This document shows, piece by piece, positions 23,055 through 37,000 of a DNA stretch of 64,000 bases. Numbering within the stretch: position 1 is the first letter of the stretch; each line of letters opens with the position of its first letter. The notes beneath the pieces are model-generated. The model was not told the origin of the DNA and did no database searches. It was given only the letters and a program-made list of their open reading frames with translations. The translations under genes were made by a program, and so were the position numbers. This DNA comes from Hydrolagus colliei (Eukaryota). Where the stretch lies: assembly GCA_035084275.1 (NCBI GenBank), contig CM068745.1, positions 10,602,001-10,666,000 on the forward strand, in the 5' to 3' direction.

Positions 23055-23480
23055 AATAATAATTATAATTCTTATATTTGATATAGCACTTTTCACGTCT
23101 TCTAGACATCTCAAATCGCTTCACAGAATATACTGTAAAATGAATTGACTGTGTATTGGTTAGAGCACTCGCAAGCGAGAGGACCTGGGTTCGATTCACG
23201 GCAGGGCAAAATGTTGGGCAAATTTCCTTGCTCCACAATGCCTATGTTTAGCAAACAATAAATAGGAACCCGGTTGTTAATCGATTGGCGGATTGTTTTT
23301 CGGCAGGTAATAATCCCTTTACAATATGTGGCCATTCAATCCACGATTCACAATTGGCTGCTGTGTTTCGCTCACATGATATACATTCAATACAATTCAC
23401 AGTATATGCTGTGAGGCTCTTTGAAGGATCTCGAAGACGTGATAAGGCGCTACATCAAGTGAAAGGATTATTATTATAAT
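23055..23480. mobile_element. Minus-strand SINE tail (~23055-23157) fused head-to-head with a plus-strand SINE (~23157-23480)
   Basis: Reverse tail consensus abuts TGGTTAGAGCACTCGCAAGCGAGAGGACCTGGGTTCGATTC. Confidence 0.8.
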
Positions 23481-24086
23481 TATTATAATTATTATTATAT
23501 ATAGGGTAATTCTAGACCTGGATAGAATTTCTCCCAGTTATGTTTCATGATTCACACTCTACATTTGCGAACAAATGAAAGTGTTTGTCAAATGCTTCAC
23601 TAGGAATGACTTTTGTTTTTTATAAAGTAATTATATAAGTTCATTGCACTCAGAAATGTGCTAAGTGGATGGTGCTGAGTAAAGGGGTACAGGACTGCAA
23701 TTCATTTATGAATAATGAAATTCTACTTGACATAGGAACAGGAGTAAACTATTCAACCCATCAAACCTTTATGTCTATTGTCTACTTCATGGCTTTTCTT
23801 TATCATTCTAATGCCATTTCCCCATCTTTTCTCCATATCTTTTTATTTCCCATTTCTCTATTGTTTTATTTAGCTCCTTAATTGTTGTTGTATTTCTTTC
23901 CTTCAAGAACAGTGTATCCTGTATTCTCATACGCCACTGTTTTGAAATTTACCTGGTCTTATTTCCTAGTTTCAGTTACCATACAGTCTGGATTCCAGTC
24001 CCTCATTATCTTAAATAACTCACCGCTATTGTTTCTTAAACTGAATATTTTTGCAACATGGATCTATTCTCCCTCCCTGCTATAAC

Positions 24087-24657
24087 TGTTTCCTGTAGCT
24101 CAGTGGTTAGAGCACTCACCTTACAAGCGTGAGACCTGTGTTCAAATCCAGGCAGATCAGAGGGAAACCTTGGGCAAGTTTCCTTACTCCACACGCCTAA
24201 TAGTTCGTCAAAAAAACCCACAATAATAAAAGTTGGTCATTTCAATCCATGACTGTTTGTGGGACACTGCTGTGCGCTATTGGCTGTTGTGTTTCACCCA
24301 CAAATATACAGTCAATTCATTTTACAGTATATTCTGTGAAGTGCTTTGAGACGTCGATCAGATGTGAAAAGCTCTATATCAAATGCAAGAATTTTTATTA
24401 TTAGTACTGTAACATTCTGACCTACAGTAAACATAACACCTTTTTTTAATTACATGACTAATGTACAACAAGAACACTGTAGTTTTTACAAGCAAACTTT
24501 AGTTCCTCTGTTGTAATAACTAGGCTGCTGTGTTTCGCCCACAAATATACAATCAATTCACTTTATAGTGTATACTGTGAAGCACTCTGAGACGTTGATA
24601 AGATGTGAAAAGCGCTATATCAAATGCATGGATTATTACATTATTATATTATTATTA
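24087..24657 (+). mobile_element. Composite: full SINE (24087-24403) + 119-bp copied flank (24405-24523) + SINE 3' part (24523-24657)
   Basis: SINE consensus on both sides; the middle matches 52571-52688 directly. Confidence 0.88.
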
Positions 24658-25175
24658 GCCACACCTTTTTCATGTTCAGGATGAATTATTCAAATGCCCT
24701 ACTTGCTAGATTCCACGTTTCCTCCAAGCACAAGCACAAGCTGCAGACTATACCCACAAATCTGTTGACCACATGCTCCTGCATACCAGGCTCCGTGAGC
24801 CTTTCACCCCTATTTTCATTTAAGTTCTTTGACTCTCCATCTCTCGGTGGATCAAACTCCAAATCCTTATCCTCACACTACTACTTCTCAATTAACGTTG
24901 GGGATGTGTTCTTGAAAAATGTAATGTTAACTGAAATGTGATTTTAACTGAAACGACTGATAATGAAACCCGGATGGTCGTTTAAACCACAAACAACAAT
25001 GTTTAACACCTGTAAAACAACCACAAACAAAAATGGCGTGGAGGCAGGCCTACATTGATGTTGGGTCCCCACACAGCTGATTGCTAGCACGTGGTTGCGC
25101 ACGTGGTTGCGCACATTTTTTCTAAACTTTACGACGGCATATTCTAGGAAGTGCTTTGAGACATCTCGAATATAG

Positions 25176-25860
25176 CCTCCTGCAACCCAACCATCCCACC
25201 ATAGGTGTCTTGTTCGATCCTCAACTGTCTTTCTTCCTCCACACCCAAGCAATAACTTGCTCTGCAATATTGCCCGACTCTGCCATTACATCAACCCCCT
25301 GGCTGTCGAAACCCTCATCCACGCCTTTATCACATCCAGGCTCAATTATGCCAATGCCCTGCTTGTCAGCCTTTCCAATTCCTCCCTCTATAGGTTGAAG
25401 ATAATCCAGAACTCTGTGGCCCAGGTCCTCTACGCTCCAAGCTTCGTGATCACATCGCCCCCATCCTCACCCAACGACACCTGCATCACCCAGAAGATTC
25501 AATTCAAGATCCTGGTCCTCACATTCAAAGTCCTCCATGGTCTCACCCCATCCTACCTGTGCAACCTTCTAACCCACTACTAACCTGTCCCCCACCCCCC
25601 CACTCCCCCTCCGCTCAGCAGGCTCCGGCCTGCTCCACGTTCCCCATTAGTGAGTGAGCCTTCAGCCACTCTGTTCCCAATCTCTGGAACTCCATCCCGC
25701 AGTCCCTCACCCCCTCCCTGGCCTTCTTCAAGCCCCAACCCAAGACCCTCCTCTTTGACAGTCCCATTGATCACTCGAAATCCCCTTTTCCCGCCACCCA
25801 TCCCATCCCAGAGCCCACCTTAGGTCTGAAAGAATGACTGTCTAGCACCTTGGCACGTCA
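25176..25860 (+). mobile_element. L2 LINE 3' fragment
   Basis: ETLIHAFITSRLNYANALL...LKIIQNSVAQVL...IQFKILVLTFKVLHGLTPSYL. Confidence 0.9.
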
Positions 25861-28092
25861 TTTTTGTGTTATTGTGTTGAGACATCCTCCTATCAAGAGA
25901 GGCGGTATACCAAATGTAAGGATTATCTTCATGATGGAGTCTAAAATGCACCATTTGCAAATTTTGTTTTGGTCAGCTTGGTGTGTGACACATGCAGAAA
26001 CCCACTATCATGCTAGATAGCCTACCACATACTTTTGCCATGAACACTTACTCTCTTTCCCTCTGGGGGAATGCACCATGCTTACTTAGTCCCAGAGAGT
26101 ATTAGTTACAATTTAGCAAGAGGCAAGGCTTGGTGACCCAAGAATGTGTGTTGGTGGTACTGCTGGAGTTCAACCAACTAAAACTGCAAAGCTTGCCCGT
26201 TTGAACACTTGTCTGGCAAGGTCCCTGCTGCTTGTCCAACTAAAACCAGGCTACCTGTTAGGGCTTTGGTGTGCAGACTTAACAGGAGTCAGGTTCCAAA
26301 AATGCATGCCCCCGGACTGTCCCTCCATGCACAGCTGGCTGCTCTGTCATCAACAGTGGTTTGGAGTACTGAAGACCTGCCTGGAACCCAACCATTGAGA
26401 TAGCCACAGAGAGTTGACTCCCTTCCAACATTCTGTGATGAAGCAAATCCCACAACTTTAGGCCTAAACTAAAAGTTGCATTTAACGCCATGAATTTGGT
26501 TTGTAAATATCACAAAATACTGCAAATTAGATAAACAATCCTTGCATTTGATACAGCACCTTTCACATTTGGAGGAAGCCTCAACAAGGTTCACAGGATT
26601 TAACTGTAAAGTGCAGTAATGTGTTAACAGATATTCAAAGCAATAATATAAGTTTGTTTTTAATTAATATTTATTATTTCATTAAAATGCAAAGCTCTCT
26701 CCAATCAAACAGTAAAGGGAAAGATGGTGAGAGTATTGTACAGAGATTGAGAACAAGCAGCCAACATGTAGATCTCTGTACTTTGTCAATGCTTTGTGCT
26801 TGTTGCTTATGTGAGACCTTGAAATGAATAGCAAGCCTGATGGGAGATGGCAAGCAGGAAATGAACACGAGGAGAAATTGACTTCAGTGGTGCCCAAGCC
26901 CTTCATAAATCACACCATGGGAATTTGGAGAACCCTTACGTGAAAACAATAGGCTCTATCAAAGCCTGTGTAAAAATGAGCCCTCCTTTTGGATGGGTGC
27001 CTGCGACTGCTCTTTATACACCATTAACTGAACATAAGGGCAGATAGACATTGACTTCATTGCCAAAGCAAATACCAAGAGGAACTGGCTGATGTCTGTA
27101 TCACAGCTTCAATGGAAAGAGTCATACTTGTCATCTGAACAACAGGTTTTCTTTGACTCTACAGAAATGTTTACTGCAACCCAACATGCAGAGACATTAT
27201 GGATTAAAATACAACAATTGTAAACTGGATTTGACTCAATAATGCCAACTTCTGGTTTGTGAAATTCATTAAACGTCAGATTTCAAATCCCTAAACCAGC
27301 AACGTCTGGGGTTTTGCTTGTTGATCGTTTTGGGGGATTTTGACGATTGCATTAAGTCCATTGCCACATTTTAGACCCATCACCAAGTTACTTCCTACAG
27401 TCTATTGCAGTCACCATATCGTCTGATATAGGCATCCTGCAGAGTGAATTGGAAGGGAGCATAAAGCACCATATTTGTAAATAAAATAAATCTGTTAGGA
27501 CCACCCTAACTACCTATTGGAGTTTTTGCTTGCAGGATGCTAATTGCAATTAAGGTTTGGATGAGAGAGAGAGAAAAAATTCCTGTGTGGATAACTAATT
27601 ATATGAATAAGTGATTGTGATCTGTAAATGAGAGGTTCAGCACAACTAGCCATTTAAACACCTATGGTATTGGCATGCAGAGAGAGTTGGTAGATTTCAG
27701 TCCTGACAAAAAACAATATCTTTGCCAAACCGGGTATAGGAAGTCCTGGAGCCGCAGTCAGTGGTCATATGGTTATTCTTACTTGAGATTTGAAGACTAT
27801 TTCTTTTTATTACACTAATATTAAATCGTCTGCTTTCTGAAGTCATCTTTCTTGATATATGTAAGAGATATGGTTTTAATCTGATTTTTGAAATTTTCGA
27901 GTTATTTAACTTCCTACCTATAATACAGAACAGATTCTGACTGTTCAATTTAAACCAGACAGTGAAGAAGATTTGTTCATGAGAGTTGCATTTTAGACCC
28001 CTATTCGTAACATTTTACATTTTTCAAGGTGAGTATTCCACCACTATAAACATCACTACAACTGTAGTACCCATCACAAAATGCCTATACAA

Positions 28093-28690
28093 GAACAACA
28101 AAATTATATTTGTATAATGTGCCTTTCACGTCAGAAGGAAGTCCCAAGGTGCTGGACAGCAAATGTTTCAGAGACGGGATTTGAAGGAGGGTGTGGTGGA
28201 GGGACTGAAGGATGGAATTCCAAAGATTAGGGACAGACTGACTGAAGGCTCACCCGCCGATTGTGGGGCGGGTGCAAGGGAATGGGCAGGTTGGTAGAGG
28301 GTTAGGAGGTCGCCGAGGTAGGGTGGGGCGAGGCCATGGAGGGCTTTGAAGGCGAGGACCAGGATCTTGAATTGAGTCCTCTGAGTGTTGGGGAGCCAAT
28401 GGATTTGGGCAAGAATGGGGGAGATGTGGGTCACAGAGCTTGGAGCAGTAGAAGAAATGGACCGCAGAGTTCTGGGTTATTTGCAGCCTATGGAGGGAGG
28501 AAATAGGAATATCGACAATTGCTGTAGTTGAGCCTGGATATGATAGAGACATGAGTGAGAGTTTCAGCGGCCTGAGGAGTGAGGTAATGGCGGAGTTGGG
28601 CAATGTGTGAGGAAAGCGTCATGGCTTGGATGTGGAAGAGGAAAGACAGTTGAGGATGGATTGAACAAGATACCTAGGTTCCTGAGGTGG
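28093..28690 (-). mobile_element. L2 LINE 3' fragment
   Basis: HISPILAQIHWLP...QFKILVLAFKALHGLAPPYL plus the L2 tail. Confidence 0.9.
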
Positions 28691-31600
28691 AGTGTGCTTC
28701 TAAGTCCTACATCAGTGTCACCTTTAGAAGGTTTTATCTAATTTAAGGCTTCTACCATCTCCACTTGAGATTACTATATAAAATATATATATTTTAAATT
28801 GGCTATTATGAAACATAATTCTGGGAAAATACAATAGTTGTAAAAAATGCAATAGGTTTTAACAGATTCCAAATACAGTAATCAAATTGGCAACAAAACA
28901 TTTGTTTCATTTTTCAACCCCTCCCCTCTCCTTTATAATGAATGTTAAGTGCATTTAATTCAGTTATTCAGATTGGTTCTGTTCATATTCAGAAACTACT
29001 TCAGCTTTCCTGTTATAGTTGGTAGTATTATCAGAAGTGTTCAGTTGAATTGCATTGTTATTATTCCTCATTGGTTGATTAATGCATTTTAATCTCTGAT
29101 AAAAGTGCAAGTATATTTCTATTTCCTTCTGTTATAAATTTTTTTGTTCTATTAATTTCCCCAACAGAATACACAATTACTGACTTTCGTAGTAAATCTT
29201 TGTACTGAAGAAGGTCTTTGAGATGTCCTCCCGACATTAAAGCACCATATTAAATGCAAGGATTAATATTATGATTATTATTATTACTTAGACTCCTCAC
29301 AACAAATGTGTGAAGAAATTAACTGATAACTGAGACAATTTCAAAGCTTAAATTTCAGAGTGTGTTCAAACAGTCTTTAATGATAATCTCTTATTTATAC
29401 CAATTTTGCTATTTCCCCATTAAAGGCAAGAGAAAAGCTGTACAGGGTCCTAAGCATCTACCTTTTGTAGAACCTTATTAATGTTTCCAGGCATCACCAA
29501 ATAGGCGAGTCTGTGTTTGACTGAGAAAAATGCAGCACAGTGCTGTTGCTGTTCATTAACAACTGAACTATCTCAATTAAAAAGAGAAACAGTCACCTGC
29601 ATACTTGTCCTCAAACTCTTGTGTGCACCTACCTTCAGTATATGAGCAGTACAAAGGGTAATAATAGATGTCTATATAAAGTAACCAGTGAAACTCTACA
29701 TTAGGCAAATCTGTCATCCATTTCCATTTTTTGAAAAGAGAAGCATAATCAAAAGCCTAAATCACAAAGACTTGACAGTAAGATTCTGTTGCAAATGATT
29801 TCTGAGTCGCCAGCCTGGGGAGAGGCTGAAGAAGTTCCCAGCAGACCTGATTAATTCCAGTTTCTCCAGCTGCCAGGAGAGCAGAGGCTAAGCAGTTTCA
29901 CAGAAAGGAGCCTATTACCGCTACCAGGCTGAAATAGATCTAATCAACCAGCAGTAGCTCAAAAGGAAACTTTACAAGTTCAGCTCGCTGAGGCAGTGCT
30001 TTTAAAATGAGAGCTATAGAGAATCACACCAATTCCAGCATCTTTCAGGAAAAAAATATTGTTGATGTCATTGTGAGTTAGCGCTAATTTACTCAATGTG
30101 ACATAATTTTGTATTAAAAGTCCTTAATTCTGTTTGTTTTCCTTCCGGTAATGTTACTGTATATTTGCTTTAGGCTTGTGGCCATTTAGACGGGAATACT
30201 ATTAATAAGCCAAGAATTTTATTTTGAGGCTTATTGGTTAGTTATTAACTAGCTCTGTCCTTCAATTTACATCAATATGGTTGTGTCATTTGTACTGGAA
30301 ATTACAAAATGCTGAAAGGTGCAATTTCATATAAGGCCAATATTACTGAGTGTCAGGGTAGTCCCAGGACTGTTAAAATAAAGGAAGTCGCAAGAAACTT
30401 CAGAATTCTTTTAGATCACAGTTTATTGTATTTTTATATTCTTGTGAATTCTTTTACAGTCACCTACAAATTCACAGTCACTACACTTCACGGTAAAAAT
30501 CCTGTGAAGCAGTTTCACAGTAAAAAATCCTATGACACGCTTGGAATTGTTTTAACGAAGTGATATGGCATTACGCCAAAGGCAAGGATTATTATCATCA
30601 TCATTTGCCATTTATGCACCAATCGCTCCAAAATAATCTATTCATTAGTTGGTTTGAATGGCGTTTCCCATTATAAACATATTGCAAAAAAAATCATTAC
30701 TTTTAAGAAACTGATGATTGGTAGATATTTAGTGCTTAATACAGTAATAGTGTAGTATATGATCAGTACACCGTTATTTACATTTTATCATTACGTGATT
30801 GTCTTACTCCATTGTTCTCAAGATTTTTAATCTTACAAATCTTGAGAGATTACACTTTGTTGTTTTATCCACTTTCAGTTTTCTGGCAGTTTTCGCCCTA
30901 TCTGAGGCCAATTCTAGCGTCACCCCCACAATCACCATGGCTGAGATAAGCTAACTCAATGCGGAGCAAGGAATTGAAATTGTCACCTTGTGCTCTGCTT
31001 GGCTCGCTTTCACACACCACACGTGGCTCTACTGCGTAAGCCAACAGACTCCATGGGGCAGGGGGTGGGTTGGGGGGGAGTTTGGAGAAGAGAAATATTG
31101 AACTCCCAAGAGTGTCAGCAAATAGATTAGCCACTGCTTTCTGATGATTATATATTGAGACAAGCACAGAAGTAAGGAAGAGTTAATGTCAAAAGAAACC
31201 TTTAATGGGTTTTTTTAAAAAAGGATTAGCAAATGCTGTAATCAATTATACAACCACTGTCTTCTCCACCACGCTCCAGTTGTTTCTTGGGTCAATGACT
31301 AATAAAGCAGTTGTAAATGTGTGGATATATATGGATTGGCTGGTTAGTCGTTTATAGTTAATCTTAAAAGCACAGTTGTGGGTGAAAAGCCTTATCATTG
31401 GATTCTGCTGATGTTAGTTATGTTTCCTCTGTTACACCAGTTTCATAGTAGCATTGAGATTCTCCGGAAACGTTTCCCCCCTATTATATTGCTGACCTCT
31501 CTGAAGAAGGTGACCCAGGTTGAGGTCAATGTCATGGATCCTGACAATGCTCAAATGCCTCGACCAAATGACCAATCTTCACCTGCTGGGTTACCAGCTA

Positions 31601-33130
31601 TTTAACCAAGAGGAACTTCATAACTGTTTACTTGAGACTTGAAGATTAGTGCTTTATATTACATGAATATCAAATTCCCTCTTCTTTTTTGAGCACTGCA
31701 TTGGTGCATCACGCTCCATGATACTTCAATATAGTATGGAGTATCAATATAACATGATATTTCTATATTGTCAGAGGTGTGTACTTCAATGAGACGTTAA
31801 TCTGCAGCTCCATCTGTTCAACATTCAACCATATTTGCCTACAAATATACAGTCACTACACTTCATAGCAAATTCCTGTGTAGCAAGTTCAGTTGTCTTG
31901 GCAATGCGATATGGCAGTACTGTATATCAATTGCAAAGATCATTGATAAGAGGAAATCTATTTTTTATATATTTCCTTATTAAATTTCTTATCTAAATAT
32001 ACAATAGAATCTGAACCTGTTCTGCTCTATGGCCTCACATGTGCACTTTCAAGCAGGGTACAATATGTAGCAAAATTCCTGGTTATCCAGTAGCAGCAAA
32101 ACATATTTCATATCAAGTGTGAATTTAAGAATTTTCAAAAATTCTTACATTTTAAGGCAATCATTTCAAGGCTGAGACAAAGAGAAATCTCGAGACTTAG
32201 AAGCAAGGAACCATGGCATTTCTTCCCCTCCTCCCAACTAAAGGACAATTAATTCTTAAATGCAAGTCAAACAGCCTTTTTATGTCAGAATAAATATTCA
32301 GGCAGACATGTAAGTTAGTGTAAAAGAAACTCATTACTGCAAATGTCCATCTAATCTGTGTTTGGGTTGGATGTCAATTAATGTTCAGGCTAAATATGGA
32401 TTTATTTTTTTTTAATATTTTTTGTTGGACCTGCAATGGAAGTGATGTTCAATTATATTTTAAGTGCACTTACCAATACTTGGAGTTCACATCTTATATA
32501 CTGCCTGTTACAAAGAGGCAGCTGAGTACAATAGACCTGGATAGAGAAACCCTTTCCTTTATTAAACCAGCAGCTCAGTGTCCTATTGAGCAAAATATGT
32601 TCCAGTTTGATACAAAAATAAAGTGGCTCATTTCCTTGCAAATTCCTTTTAAGTAATAAAATTGGAGTCTGTGGCATACGCAAACTTCAACAATGACCCC
32701 TCTTTGCTAGATCTCAGGCTGTGATTTACCGAGAAGCTGTATAATGCATGTTATAATGCTTGTGAGACCCTGATGTGAGGAAAACAAAACCGAGTCTTTA
32801 TACTGGTGAGAGCTTACACTGTGGCTCAGTGATGTTAGTGGGGAGGGGGGGAGGAGGAAAAATAACATACATTTCAAATAGTTAATCTTCAGAACCGGAC
32901 CTGCTGCCCACCCTAAGCATTGAAAGTTAATGGTTACCTGTGTTCTTACTTTTACAATTGAAGACCAGCTATAACTCACTCACGGAACTGGAAAGAGTAT
33001 TCTAAATTGATACCTTTAGACTTGCTCAAAATGTTATACAGCATTGCTTTAGAAGGTGTAGGCTCACTTAAGTCCTCTGATTATTTACTGAAGCAAGGCT
33101 GAGGAACTCTATGAGAGAAGCTGTGACCAA

Positions 33131-33543
33131 TGTGGAGTCCTGTAGTAAAGTGGTTAGAGCACTCGCCTTCAAAGCATGAGACCTGTGTTTCGAATCCAGG
33201 CAGATCAGGGCGAAACCTTGGGTAAGTTTCCTTACTCTACATGACTAATAATAATCCGTCCAAAAACTATAATAAATTGATCATTTCCATCCACGACTGT
33301 TTGTGGGACACGGCTGTGTGCAATTGGCTGCTGCATTTCACCGACAAATATAGTCAATTTTCCCACTTTTCTTCATCCTGCCCCGACCCCTCCCCCACTG
33401 CTCTTGTCCCTACCTAATTGTACAGCGCCTTGGGACGTCCTTTCGATGTGAAAGGTGCTATATAAATGTAAGTTTTGATTGCTTGCTTGGTCGGTCAGTC
33501 GGTCGGTCGATTGATATCAAATGCAAGGATTGTTATTATTATA
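33131..33543 (+). mobile_element. tRNA-headed SINE interrupted by an L2 3' end (~33360-33510)
   Basis: SINE head and body to ~33360, L2 tail CAGCGCCTTGGGACGTCC...GAAAGGTGCTATATAAATG, then SINE end ATATCAAATGCAAGGATTG(TTA)n. Confidence 0.85.
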
Positions 33544-34018
33544 ATGCAAAAGAACAGTCACTTAGCAGCTGTAAAAATGACCTGGGACTGGTTGGCAATA
33601 AATACTACAGGGAGGAAGAAGTAGGTCTTTGAATAGCATGCAATATTGCATTTGTTTCTTCATTTTTCTTTTCTCTCCTGGAAACGTTTGACTCCCTTTC
33701 CCACAAAATCATCAGTGGAGTTGCATTGTGTTGTTTAAGGAACTGTCTGCACAGTTATTCAGTTGGTAATATTAAAGTGATCCATACAGGCCCATGTTTA
33801 ATCTGCTTTTTATGTTAAATTCTACATATGGATGCCATATTTGCACCACTTCAGCATCCTCTAGGCTAGAAAAATATCAGCTGGGGGTCCTGATTGCCAT
33901 CCTTGAGTGAGATCAGGATGAATTCAACTGTGATGTCCTCCACAACTGAATAGGCTGACGATACTCACTGTTGGGGTCACTTGGGTGAAGCTTTGCAGGG
34001 CAACCATATTTGAAGCAT
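33543..34018. repeat. Probable source copy of the ~470-bp inverted duplication (partner 143-611)
   Basis: Reverse-complement match to 143-611; lies immediately 3' of a SINE tail. Confidence 0.93.
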
Positions 34019-37000
34019 GTTAATCAGTGACCGAGCACAAAAATCAGTAGAAAAGTTGAAGGGAAGTCACAGTGGCTGTGTCCCATTAATTTTGCAGATA
34101 ACAGAAATTAAACCCAACTTCCACGCATCAATCAGAAGTGATACCATGGAGCTTCTTTGATTGCACTAGATGTTGTCTCTAGGCTTTCTAAGGTCAGAAG
34201 ATTGCAAATTCAAGTGTGCTGAGTTATTTAATCTAAGCTGGAACAACAATTGGATTACATTTGGCTGCAATATCTCTGTTTAATACAGGAGATATTGGGC
34301 ATTAGTGGGCATTAAATCTTAAAAGCACAGTTGAAGTTCCCTCCAGAAGCTGGAAATGCAGTACAAGGACACCTGTGTTAAAAGCAAACCCTAAAGAGGT
34401 ACTTAAGAGATGGCAGTATCTCCTGGTGTCCTGCCAATACATCCCCTAAATAAAAATTGGTCACTCACTTTATGGCTGTTTGTGGGAACGTGTTCTGTGT
34501 AAATGGTTGCTGTGTTTCACCCATGAAATGCACTTTATAATAAGATATTTAATTATGGTCTGGACTGATAACACAGATCAAGTCCATAGTGACTATACAG
34601 TACAACACAGCCTGTGAAGCTCTTTGAGATGCCTCAGCGATGTGATAATGCTCTATATCAAATGTAAGGATTATTATTATGACAAAGGGCATGGAAAAAT
34701 CAGCTTGGGTTCTTACTCTTGATTGCTATCTGGGGACGACTGTTGAAACAGTACTGTTTGGTTGAGGCGGGAATTGGCTCAGGTGTTATATATACAGTAC
34801 TTCTAAGATAAGTCTGGGCTCATGTATGATGCATGGTCAATTGGGTGAGGCAGTGGAGGGCAGGTAGCACTCTTGGAACAGGATCACTGAATAGAGAAAT
34901 AGGGGGAAAATAGTTTAAAAAGGGTAAAATGACCAAGTGATCTTGCATGCAACACAACCGAGCTTCACACTGTCGGTTGGCAGGAAATGCCTCAGATGTG
35001 TTCAACATTAGCATGAAGCATAAAATCAAGCAGGGATTGCGTGATCCTGTCTCAGCTTTTAATGGGCGCATCCTTTAAGTGACCTGTCATTGCATTGTTG
35101 GAAACAAAAAAGGCGGCTGAAAGACATTCATTTGGCAACCTTTACAAAATATCTTTACAGCAACACTGGCCTTATTAACATGCAAGCACTTGCTTTAGGT
35201 TTTGGGCCATATAAAAAGTAATATACAGTGTCATCTTTGGAAGTGCTTTATTTGTATGGGATAATTAAGTTGGGGCCACTCATTTATCAGTACACGTTCA
35301 TTTGTTGAAAACAGTCACTTGTTATTAATTGATGTGATAGCAACACTGAGGTAAAATTAATGTGTGTTCAGCAGAGGTCAGACTGGCGGTAGTGGGTAGC
35401 TATCAAATAGAAAGACGTGAGATAAATAGTAGCTGTGGTACCACCATTGCATAAGAGATAACCAGGAAATATTAAGCAACACTATGGGTGATATCTATCT
35501 TTATTGGCAAGATTTTAAAAAATTAAACTCTGCATTATTGTTTAACTGGTGAACATCCATTATAAATATTAAAACATTTTATTGCATTATAACCTGCAGT
35601 GTCTGTTTATTCCTTGCCATTATTCTATTTGCAGAATTAATTTCTGGAATTTAGGTAACAGGTTTAAATTTTGGTCAGTAATTTTCTCTCTCACCCTTTG
35701 GCCTGCCGTAGATGTGCTAATCTTATTTGACTATGCCAAGCTGTTCTCTGTACCCTGTGAGTTGGTAATATACTCCCATCTCTCATTTAGGCAGGCAGCA
35801 GAGGTAAAGAATGCACCAGGGCAACACAGTCTGTCTGCCTTGAACAGACTGTAATGAATTGCGCTTTCAGCGGTAAGGCAGACAAATTTTTCTTTTAATC
35901 CAAGTCTGCCAACTAGGAATTTGGTCTCCACACCTGTTTAATAATGACCGTGAAAATAAATTTGTCTATGTACGTCTGTTTACGGGTCACTGCAGAAACA
36001 GGGAGTGTAGTGCATTTTGCAGACCTGATGTACATAATCAGGGTAATTGATATTTGGAGCAGCCAGTTTGCAGCAGCACAGGTTTGCTTCTCCCAGTGAG
36101 GCTATGATCTGTGTTATCAGTCCAGCCCATAATTAAATATCACTCTCTTACAATATGTTTCAGGTTCCTTAATGAGTTTGAACCAGAAGCAGTCACCTCT
36201 TTCCCCTTGGAGCTTTATTTGCTTGTTATTAAACAATATTATTGAGCTGACTGTATTCTCAATTGTGTCGCTGTTTCCATAATCACATATGATTTAAAGA
36301 ATACTCAGTTACTGGCAGACCTGCATTTTTACCTGAGGAAAGCCTTTTAAAGAAACAAAATAAAGGCATTTCAGCCCTTCCTAATTCCATTCGATTGCAA
36401 GATTTGCACCAAATGTAATGGGGAAGGTTTTTTTCATGGTTGTTTTTCCATCGCAAATTCCGCCCCTCCCTCCCCCCCCCCCCCCACCCATGCAGACTCC
36501 TGTGACTTTCAGCATGACCTTGTGCCGTGTTGTTAAGGGTCCAATTTGCTCATTGTTCCATGCTTGCATAATTCCCAAGCCCCTCACCCACCTCCCTACA
36601 CGCACTGACACGCGCGCACACATAGGCACACACATAGACGCAAACCTTAAACCTTCGGATCTGCTCATTTAAATTCTATGGGTAAGCGCTATCCATTTGA
36701 AGCTAGCAAGCTGTGTAGTTTTAGTAATTCCTTCTAACCACTTTGCACAGATTTCCCTCTCAACCTGCAATAAGCAGTGTATTAAGTTTGCTCTGAAAAA
36801 AAATCCTTTTGCATTCTGCCGTGTCACTTTTCCTCACAGGTTGCAGGCACACTGCAGATTGGCCCTTTTTTTTCGCATGCAGGTTGCCACGGTGAAGATT
36901 TACAATGCCAGTTATTCACACATCTGCCTTCCTTTTTTTCCTCCTCATTGTGAAATCCCCTGGGTGAAAGCAACCTTGATACCCAAACTCGTAAAATTCA

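Noticed and set aside
23055-23480. Twin-priming inversion of a single SINE
   Set aside because: The inverted tail and the forward tail differ at many positions, so two separate insertions are more likely.
25087-25114. GCACGTGGTTGC tandem with two E-boxes
   Set aside because: 12-bp micro-duplication inside a probable transposon remnant; no support for a regulatory role.
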